DNA of 64,000 bases from Gemmatimonadales bacterium (lineage in GTDB: Bacteria > Gemmatimonadota > Gemmatimonadetes > Gemmatimonadales > GWC2-71-9), in contig DATBKD010000093.1 of NCBI GenBank assembly GCA_036556025.1, positions 1,828 through 65,827 of the forward strand. Direction: 5' to 3'. Under the pieces are notes generated by a model that had not been told where the DNA came from, made no database searches, and worked only from the letters and a program-made list of their open reading frames with translations. Every line of letters starts with the position of its first letter. Position 1 is the stretch's first letter. A program made the position numbers and the translations under genes. Shown here one piece after another: positions 57,156 through 64,000 of this stretch.

Positions 57156-58070
57156 ATGGCGACGCTGGCCCTCTCCCGATCGGCTAGGGTTGCGCCGAGA
57201 ACCATTACCAGGGCGACCGGCGAATCGCGGGCAGTACGCTGGACGCTGATTGTCATCGCGTTGGCCTTCCTGACGCTGACCTTGTTCCTGCCGCTTGCGT
57301 TGGTGTTCACCCAGGCGCTCGCGAAGGGGATGCCCGCCTATCTGAGCGCCATCCGGGACGCCGATGCGCTGAGCGCTGCCAAGCTCACGTTGCTCATCGC
57401 GTCGATCGCGATTCCGGTCAACCTGATCTTCGGGCTGGCCGCGGCCTGGTGTATCTCGAAGTTCACCTTCCCGGGCAAGAACCTGCTCATCACCCTGATC
57501 GATCTGCCCTTCGCGGTCTCCCCGGTGATCTCGGGGATGATCTTCGTGCTCCTCCTGGGGGCCCACAGCTGGTTCGGCTCGTGGCTGCAGGACCACGACA
57601 TCAAGATCATCTTCGCGGTGCCTGGCATGGTGCTCGCCACCCTCTTCGTGACCGCTCCGTTCATCGCCCGGGAGCTGATTCCGCTCATGCAGGAGCAGGG
57701 GACCGAGGAGGAAGAAGCGGCCATCGTGCTGGCCGCTGGCGGTTGGCAGACCTTCTGGCGGGTCACGCTCCCCAACATCAGGTGGGGACTGCTCTACGGG
57801 CTCATTCTCTGCAACGCTCGGGCGATGGGTGAGTTCGGAGCCGTCTCCGTGGTCTCCGGACACATCCGCGGGGTCACCAACACCCTGCCGCTCCACGTGG
57901 AGATTCTCTACAACGAATACGCCTTCGCCGCCAGCTTTGCCGTGGCCTCGGTGCTCACGCTGCTCGCGCTGGTCACCCTGGGACTCAAGGCACTGGTGGA
58001 ATGGCAGCAGCGGCGGGTCACGGCGGATCTCGCCGAAGTGGACCGCGGGCCCGAAAGGACGGCGGCATGA
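57156..58070 (+). CDS. cysW: Sulfate ABC transporter permease CysW
   Basis: 304 aa. [34 protein letters not shown] loop. Follows cysT by 3 nt. Confidence 0.9.
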   Translation: MATLALSRSARVAPRTITRATGESRAVRWTLIVIALAFLTLTLFLPLALVFTQALAKGMPAYLSAIRDADALSAAKLTLLIASIAIPVNLIFGLAAAWCISKFTFPGKNLLITLIDLPFAVSPVISGMIFVLLLGAHSWFGSWLQDHDIKIIFAVPGMVLATLFVTAPFIARELIPLMQEQGTEEEEAAIVLAAGGWQTFWRVTLPNIRWGLLYGLILCNARAMGEFGAVSVVSGHIRGVTNTLPLHVEILYNEYAFAASFAVASVLTLLALVTLGLKALVEWQQRRVTADLAEVDRGPERTAA

Positions 58071-59131
58071 GCATCGAGGTCCGCAACCTGCGCAAGACCT
58101 TCGGCGACTTTGTCGCCCTCGACAACGTCAGTCTGCAGGTAGCTGGAGGAGAGCTGGTGGCCCTGCTCGGCCCATCCGGTTCGGGCAAGACCACGCTGCT
58201 GCGGATTATCGCGGGGCTGGAGCCAGCAGATCAGGGCACCATCCATTTCCACGGGGAGGACGCTACCGGCCGGCCCGTCCGCGAGCGGCAGGTCGGCTTC
58301 GTGTTCCAGCATTACGCCTTGTTCCGGCACATGACCGTCTTCGAGAACATAGCCTTTGGCCTGCGGGTCCGGCCGCGAGCAGTGCGTCCATCAGCGGCCG
58401 AAATCCGGGAAACCGTGATGGGGCTTCTGCGCCTGGTGCAACTGGACGTTCTCGCCACGCGGCGGCCTTCGGAGCTGTCCGGGGGACAGCGCCAGCGGGT
58501 GGCGCTCGCGCGGGCACTCGCGGTGAAACCCAAGGTCCTCCTGCTGGATGAGCCCTTCGGCGCGCTGGATGCCAAGGTGCGGAAGGAGCTCCGGCGTTGG
58601 CTCCGACGGCTCCACGAAGAGGTTCACGTCACCAGTGTCTTCGTGACCCACGATCAGGAAGAGGCTCTGGAGGTCTCCGACCGGGTTGTGGTGATGAACC
58701 AGGGGCGGATCGAGCAAAGTGGCACACCAGAGGAGGTCTATGAACACCCGGCCACGCCGTTCGTCTACGGCTTTCTGGGAGACGTCAACCTCTTCCAGGG
58801 GCGCATCCACCAGGGTCGCGTGAGTATCGGAGAGGGTGAGCTGGACGCACCCGAGTGGGCCGGCACAACGGATCAAGCCGGCCTGGCATATGTCAGGACA
58901 TACGACGTCGAGCTCGCCGCATCGCCCTCGGGCTCCGCTTCCATGGAAGCGGTGGTCCGACACGTTCGGGCGTTTGGGCCGTTAGTCCGGCTGGAGCTGG
59001 ATCTCATCCAGAGTGGACGCACCATCGACGCTCACATTCCCCGGGCTCGGTTCGACGCTCTGGCCACTGGGAAAGGTCAACGGGTCTATGTGTCGCCGAC
59101 AAACATGCGCGTGTTTGTGGAGCCTGGGTAA
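58067..59131 (+). CDS. cysA: Sulfate ABC transporter ATP-binding protein CysA
   Basis: ATG 58067 overlaps the cysW stop (ATGA). [38 protein letters not shown] and a C-terminal TOBE-like domain. Confidence 0.95.
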   Translation: MSIEVRNLRKTFGDFVALDNVSLQVAGGELVALLGPSGSGKTTLLRIIAGLEPADQGTIHFHGEDATGRPVRERQVGFVFQHYALFRHMTVFENIAFGLRVRPRAVRPSAAEIRETVMGLLRLVQLDVLATRRPSELSGGQRQRVALARALAVKPKVLLLDEPFGALDAKVRKELRRWLRRLHEEVHVTSVFVTHDQEEALEVSDRVVVMNQGRIEQSGTPEEVYEHPATPFVYGFLGDVNLFQGRIHQGRVSIGEGELDAPEWAGTTDQAGLAYVRTYDVELAASPSGSASMEAVVRHVRAFGPLVRLELDLIQSGRTIDAHIPRARFDALATGKGQRVYVSPTNMRVFVEPG

Positions 59132-59144
59132 CGCTATCGAGCCG

Positions 59145-59990
59145 ATGATTGCGTCCCGCGTGGCGCAGTGGCTATCATCGGAGGTCACCGGCGCAGGAGA
59201 CCCGCCATTGGTCGTCAAGCGGCAGGCTACGGAGCAGCTCTCGCTCGAGGATGCGCTGGCAAAGCTGCCGCGGTCGGAGGAATACGCCAGGAAGATTCTC
59301 GCCCGCCTGCAATCGATCCGACCGCTCCCGCCAGATTCCACCACCGTCGTCGACATCGGAGCGGCTCAGGGAAGGTTTGTGATCGGGTGTGCCAGATTGG
59401 GCTACCGGGCGATCGGAATCGAGCCTTGGGCAGCGGCCCGTGAAGCGGCGGACGAGTTGATTGCCTTGTCAGGGATCGACGCCAAGGTTCTGCCGGGTAC
59501 GGCGGAGTCGACCGGTCTGGCGAGCGAACAATTCGACGTGGTGACTTGCGGTGCGGTGATCGAGCACGTGAAAGACGCCCAGGCGGCTTTCGACGAGGCG
59601 TTCCGTATTCTCAAGCCGGGCGGGATCTTCTGGTTCTGCGCGGCAAGCAGCCGCTCCCCGCGCCAGCATGAGATCGACGGCTTCCCCCTGTTCGGCTGGT
59701 ACCCGGATGGGTTAAAGCGCCGGATCATGGAGTGGACCCGGGTGAACAAACCCCACCTCGTCGGGTACACGGACGCTCCCGCCATCAACTGGTTTACGCC
59801 TGGCAAGGCGCGCCGCATGCTGCGCCGAGCCGGCTTCCGCAATCACGTCTACGATCGATGGGATCTGCGGCAGCCGTCGGAAGGCGGCTCCCGCTATCGT
59901 GCCGCTTTGCGCGTCATCAAGCTGGGAGCGCCTTTCAAGCTGTTGGCTGACGTGGCCCTTCCGGGCTGTGCCTACGCCACTCTGAAGTGA
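59145..59990 (+). CDS. Class I SAM-dependent methyltransferase
   Basis: ATG 59145. Motif I VVDIGAAQGRF and post-I/II FDVVTCGAVIEHV...LKPGGIFWF. Confidence 0.8.
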   Translation: MIASRVAQWLSSEVTGAGDPPLVVKRQATEQLSLEDALAKLPRSEEYARKILARLQSIRPLPPDSTTVVDIGAAQGRFVIGCARLGYRAIGIEPWAAAREAADELIALSGIDAKVLPGTAESTGLASEQFDVVTCGAVIEHVKDAQAAFDEAFRILKPGGIFWFCAASSRSPRQHEIDGFPLFGWYPDGLKRRIMEWTRVNKPHLVGYTDAPAINWFTPGKARRMLRRAGFRNHVYDRWDLRQPSEGGSRYRAALRVIKLGAPFKLLADVALPGCAYATLK

Positions 59991-60224
59991 GGCTCGCGGG
60001 CCGAGCCGGTGCGGCCCCACCGCTGGATTGCCTTCCTGCCACACATCCCTGCAGATCTCGACGCTCGGAGCTGCCGGCATCCTGACTGTGCCCGCGAAAC
60101 GCATTGCAGTACATTCCCTTAGCAATCTTGCCCCGGCCGGAGGTCTCTCCCAAACCGGGGCATGGTTTCTGCGCCTGGCGGTCGGTTCGCGCCGACCCAG
60201 CAATGCCTCATCGACCACCTGGCG

Positions 60225-61403
60225 ATGCGTCAGAGGCCTAACCGAAGGGACGATCCACTGGATACGAACGGCCCAACCGCTTCTGCCAAGACCCAGATCA
60301 GCCGGGGGCCCGTCGCCTTCTTTCTGCCGACGCTGACCGGAGGGGGAGCCCAGCGGATCGCACTCAATCTCGCCCAAGGATTCGTGGACTCGGGTGTAGC
60401 TACCGACCTGGTGGCGGTGAACGGAGTTGGTGAGCTGGCGGAACGGGTCCCCATGGGCGTGAGGATGGTGGACCTCAAACGGTCCCGCGTGATCCTGGGG
60501 TTGCCGCCCCTGGTTGCCTATCTCCGGCGGGAGCGGCCCACCACCCTGATCTCCTTCCTGGACCATGCGGGCGTTATCGCGCTGTGGGCCCGGCGGTTGA
60601 GCGGCACATCGACCAGGGTGGTTTGCACGGTGCATAACGCTCTGACCCGGGCTGCGCCGACGTCATCCAATCTGCGCAGCCGAATCATGCCGCTGTTCCT
60701 TCGCGCCTTCTATCCCTCGGCGGACGAGGTAGTAGCGGTATCTCACGGCGTCGCTCAGGAGCTGAGTAAGGCCACCGGATTTCCGCTGGCCCGTATCCGG
60801 GTGATTTACAACCCGGTGATCACGGGCGACCTGCTGGCGGCGCGGGATCGGGCCCCGGCGCACCCGTGGCTCACCGATAGCGGCCCCCCTGTGATACTGG
60901 GCGCGGGACGTCTGACCCGGCAGAAGGACTTCCAAGGTCTCATCCGCGCTTTCGCCCTGGTACGCCAGCGCCGCCCGGCACGGTTGCTGATCATGGGCGA
61001 GGGACCGGAGCGTCCCGCCCTGGAAGCCCTGGTTCGCGAATTGGGCCTCCAGGCGGAGGTGTCGCTGCCGGGATTTGTGGTCGGCGCCCACGAGTGCATG
61101 GCCAAGGCTGCGGTTTTTGTACTCTCATCGGTGTGGGAAGGCTTGCCCACGGTGTTGATCGAGGCGCTCGCCGTCGGAACCCGGGTGGTCTCGACCGACT
61201 GTCCCAGCGGGCCGCGCGAGATTCTCCGAGGCGGGCAGCTCGGTCGCCTGGTGCCCGTCGGCGACGTCGGGGCATTGGCGGAGGGTATCCTGGCCGCGCT
61301 CGGCGATGCGGGTCGGTATGTGCCTCTCGACCAGCTCAAGGAATTCACCCAAGAGGTCGCGGTTCAGTCCTACCTCGACCTGACACGGAACGGAAGCGGC
61401 TGA
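60225..61403 (+). CDS. Glycosyltransferase family 4
   Basis: ATG 60225. VAFFLPTLTGGGAQRIALNLA N-terminus and C-terminal EGLPTVLIEALAVGTRVVSTD. Confidence 0.85.
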   Translation: MRQRPNRRDDPLDTNGPTASAKTQISRGPVAFFLPTLTGGGAQRIALNLAQGFVDSGVATDLVAVNGVGELAERVPMGVRMVDLKRSRVILGLPPLVAYLRRERPTTLISFLDHAGVIALWARRLSGTSTRVVCTVHNALTRAAPTSSNLRSRIMPLFLRAFYPSADEVVAVSHGVAQELSKATGFPLARIRVIYNPVITGDLLAARDRAPAHPWLTDSGPPVILGAGRLTRQKDFQGLIRAFALVRQRRPARLLIMGEGPERPALEALVRELGLQAEVSLPGFVVGAHECMAKAAVFVLSSVWEGLPTVLIEALAVGTRVVSTDCPSGPREILRGGQLGRLVPVGDVGALAEGILAALGDAGRYVPLDQLKEFTQEVAVQSYLDLTRNGSG

Positions 61404-61404
61404 C

Positions 61405-62655
61405 GTGGTCGCGTACATCTTCTTTTGGGTCTTCGTCTTCGTCATCCCGTGGGAGAACGTCGTCGTCTTCTCGGGCCTGGGGACCATCAGCAAGCTGGTT
61501 GGCATCGCCGCGTTCGGGGTGACTGCAGCGCGGGTGCTGCTGACCACCAAGGTGCGGCGGCTGGACTCGTTTCATTGGATCGGGTTCGCCTATTTGTGCT
61601 GGGTGCTGCTCTCGGCGTCATGGGCCGTCAATACCTCCTGCAGTCCGGTGTTCGGTTGCCCCGTTCGCAATGTCATCGACCAGTATCTTCAGTTCTTCGT
61701 CATGTTGTGGGTTCTCTGGGAGGTCACTCCCACTCGCTCCCGGCTGATCAATCTCCTGCAAGCCTACGTGCTCGGCGGCTATGTGGCCGCGAGCATCACG
61801 GTCTACAACTACGCCATTGGAGCATCCCTCAAGCATGCCTATGGCCGCTATGCCGCGGAGGGCTTCGACCCGAACGATCTGGGTATGGTCCTCGGCCTCG
61901 GCTTGCCCATGGCGTGGTATCTCGGCTCCATCGCAACCAACGGGGTCCAGCGGTGGCTCAACCGAGGGTACTTTCTCGTCGGCACGGTGGCCATCCTTCT
62001 GACCGGTTCTCGGGGTGCGCTCCTGGCCTCGATCGTCGCGCTGTCGGTGATTCCCTGGACCTTGACCCAAGTGCGTCGTGGGGTGCGAGTCGCGGCTGTC
62101 GTGATCATGTTCGGCGCTGCGGTGCTGGCGGCGAAGTTCGTACCGGAAGAACTGTTCAAACGACTGTCCACCACGACCTCGGAGATCTCCGAGGGCACGA
62201 TGAATGACCGGCTCCAGATCTGGAAGGCAGGCATCGAAGCAGTGCCGGCTCGCCCACTCCAGGGCTATGGACCTGGAGGATGGCAGATGGCCTTGACCCA
62301 CGAGCTAGGGTTCAAAGGCCCCCACAATACCTATCTCGCGATTCTGGTCGACGAGGGAATGATTGGCCTGCTCCTGTTTCTGATGCTGTTCGTAATCATC
62401 TATAACCGCATGCGACTGATTCCCAACATCTTCGAGCGACGAGTGGGGCTGACGATCTTATGGACCTTCATTGTCGCCATCACACCATTGGCGTGGGACA
62501 CCAGAAAGGCGGGATGGCTTATCCTGGGTCTTCTGATCTCCTACGCGGAGGTGCTCCGGCCACTCCGGCAGACCGCGCCCGCTCCGGCCCCGGTGGGGCT
62601 CCGCCCTGTGGTTCGCCCCCGACGCCCGGTCCCCTTTATCCGCCGGCCCCTCTAG
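61405..62655 (+). CDS. O-antigen ligase/polymerase family membrane protein (Wzy_C-type EPS polymerase candidate)
   Basis: GTG start. About 10 predicted TM helices, LLTGSRGALLA motif and a large loop with HNTYL, as in Wzy/WaaL/ExoQ-type proteins. Confidence 0.75.
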   Translation: MVAYIFFWVFVFVIPWENVVVFSGLGTISKLVGIAAFGVTAARVLLTTKVRRLDSFHWIGFAYLCWVLLSASWAVNTSCSPVFGCPVRNVIDQYLQFFVMLWVLWEVTPTRSRLINLLQAYVLGGYVAASITVYNYAIGASLKHAYGRYAAEGFDPNDLGMVLGLGLPMAWYLGSIATNGVQRWLNRGYFLVGTVAILLTGSRGALLASIVALSVIPWTLTQVRRGVRVAAVVIMFGAAVLAAKFVPEELFKRLSTTTSEISEGTMNDRLQIWKAGIEAVPARPLQGYGPGGWQMALTHELGFKGPHNTYLAILVDEGMIGLLLFLMLFVIIYNRMRLIPNIFERRVGLTILWTFIVAITPLAWDTRKAGWLILGLLISYAEVLRPLRQTAPAPAPVGLRPVVRPRRPVPFIRRPL

Positions 62656-63504
62656 GTGAGCGCGGCGCGAGCCGGATCCGGAAGCAGTCCCCGGGTCAGC
62701 GTCATCACCACGGTGTACAACGGTGAGCCATACGCCGACCGGGCCATCCCGGATATTCTGGCGCAGAGCTTCGAAGATTTCGAATTCATCCTCATCGACG
62801 ACGGCTCGCAGGACCGCACCCTCGAGATCCTGAACGAGGTCGCGAGGCGCGATTCCCGTGTGCGGGTGCTGACTCCAGGACGGGTGGGTTTTGCCGCAGC
62901 CCTCAACTACGGCATCGCGCGGGCCCGGGGCGAGTACATCGCGCGCCAGGACTTCGACGACCGCAGCTATCCGGATCGGTTGCGACGCCAGGTGGCGTTG
63001 CTGGACCAGCAGCCCGGGGTCGGCGTGGTAGGGACCTATTACCTGTTGGTCGATGAGCACCGGGGCGAGCGGTACGTGCGGATGCCGCCGACCGACCATC
63101 GCGAGATTCTTCTGGCGATGGCGAGATACATCCCCATCGCCCACACCATGGTGACCTTTCGTCGCCAGAGTTGGGTCGATGCCGGCGGGTATCCTGAGGT
63201 CAACAACCTCGTGGACCTGAGGTTCTGGTTGCAGGTAGCCAAGAAGGGATGGCGCTTTGCCAATGTCCCGGAGGTGTTGGGAGAGCATTTCGTCCACCAG
63301 ACCAGCTTCTTCCATCAGGCGTTCCGCTACGCCCAACGCCAGCGGGATCTGGCCAACGCCCAGGCCCAGATCATTCGAGAGCTGAATCTGCCGAGGTGGA
63401 TGTATGCCTACACGGCCGGGCGATACCTCTACGCCTACTGTCCCACTCCGGTGAAGCGAGTGCTGCGCCGCACCCTCGGCGGATCGCGGGAGCGCGATCT
63501 ATGA
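62656..63504 (+). CDS. Glycosyltransferase family 2
   Basis: VSVITTVYNGEPYADRAIPDILAQSFEDFEFILIDDGSQDRT and QDFDDRS (DxD) are GT2 hallmarks. The GTG start abuts the previous stop. Confidence 0.9.
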   Translation: MSAARAGSGSSPRVSVITTVYNGEPYADRAIPDILAQSFEDFEFILIDDGSQDRTLEILNEVARRDSRVRVLTPGRVGFAAALNYGIARARGEYIARQDFDDRSYPDRLRRQVALLDQQPGVGVVGTYYLLVDEHRGERYVRMPPTDHREILLAMARYIPIAHTMVTFRRQSWVDAGGYPEVNNLVDLRFWLQVAKKGWRFANVPEVLGEHFVHQTSFFHQAFRYAQRQRDLANAQAQIIRELNLPRWMYAYTAGRYLYAYCPTPVKRVLRRTLGGSRERDL

Positions 63505-64000
63505 AGGTCCTGTTCCTTTCCACCAGCATGGGAATGGGCGGGGCCGACAAGCAGCTCCTCACTGCCGCGGAGGAGATGCGCAACCGGGGCTACCAGGTCC
63601 TGATCGTCTCGCTCACTCCATTGGGTCCGATGGGACTGGAAGCGCGCGGCCTCGGCATCCCGACCGAGTCGCTGGAAATGCGGCGGGGCGTGGCGGATCC
63701 ACGAGGGCTCGTGCGACTGATCCGGCTGGTCCGGCGGTGGAGGCCGGACATTCTCCACAGTCACATGGTGCACGCAAACCTCATGGCGAGGGCACTCCGT
63801 CTCTTCGCGAGGGTGCCGGTCATGGTATCCACCATCCACAGCATCTCCGACGGCGGCCGCCTGCGAATGACGGCCTATCGGTTGACCAATGGTCTGGTGG
63901 ACCATATGACCATCGTCAGCGAGGCTGCCGCGGACCGCTTCATCAACGAGGGCATCGTCCCTCGGGAGCTTCTGACAGTCATTCCCAATGGCATCGATAT
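63501..64000 (+). CDS. Glycosyltransferase family 4, 5' part (runs off the window end)
   Basis: ATG 63501 overlaps the GT2 stop (ATGA). MKVLFLSTSMGMGGADKQLL...DILHSHMVHANL is a GT4 N-terminal domain. Open to nt 64000. Confidence 0.8.
   Translation, partial: MKVLFLSTSMGMGGADKQLLTAAEEMRNRGYQVLIVSLTPLGPMGLEARGLGIPTESLEMRRGVADPRGLVRLIRLVRRWRPDILHSHMVHANLMARALRLFARVPVMVSTIHSISDGGRLRMTAYRLTNGLVDHMTIVSEAAADRFINEGIVPRELLTVIPNGID

Noticed and set aside
56337-57896. 519-aa ORF on the minus strand
   Set aside because: Antisense to cysT/cysW. Its composition is extremely Arg/Gly/Glu/His-rich and the plus-strand permeases are clear. The same reasoning applies to 27238..28728(-), 44774..46084(-), 23980..25350(-) and 28792..29979(-).

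Overview
High-GC bacterial chromosomal window (about two-thirds G+C by eye; phylum not determinable from the sequence alone). It is densely coded, with about 60 CDS. I found no rRNA, tRNA, CRISPR array, transposase or integrase. Layout: (1) 0-3.2 kb, small housekeeping genes (GlcG-like, M55 D-aminopeptidase, CsaA, PhzF-family). (2) 3.5-9.8 kb, a regulatory module: FlgM-like protein, NtrC-type sigma-54 activator, HD-GYP response regulator, FlhG/FleN-like ATPase, FliA-type sigma-28, an unknown coupled ORF and a sensor-less histidine kinase. It carries two good -24/-12 promoters and one sigma-28-type promoter. (3) 10.6-21.9 kb, a long minus-strand gene train: a 5-gene peptide ABC importer with ATGA/GTGA start-stop overlaps, a lipoate-protein-ligase-like gene, gcvP, gcvH, coaE and tdk. 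(4) 22-26 kb: HU, a motif-degenerate DEAD-box/DbpA protein, an aminotransferase and a LuxR regulator. (5) 26.3-37.4 kb, a DNA-end-resection neighbourhood: NurA-like, GlpD-like, HerA-like, then a ClC channel on the opposite strand, SbcD/Mre11, SbcC/Rad50 and a coupled GNAT. (6) 38-64 kb, an exopolysaccharide locus: two paralogous Big_2 lipoproteins, Wza/Wzc-like export, glycosyltransferases and a Wzy-type polymerase. Embedded in it are cysN-cysQ-cysC-cysD, a PAPS-type sulfotransferase next to a deacetylase-like gene, an Rrf2 regulator, an anion porin and sbp-cysTWA. The best candidate for something new is this self-sufficient sulfated-EPS island, in particular its split N-deacetylase/N-sulfotransferase-like gene pair. 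All functional calls come from reading the translated ORFs and motifs by eye; no database search was possible.
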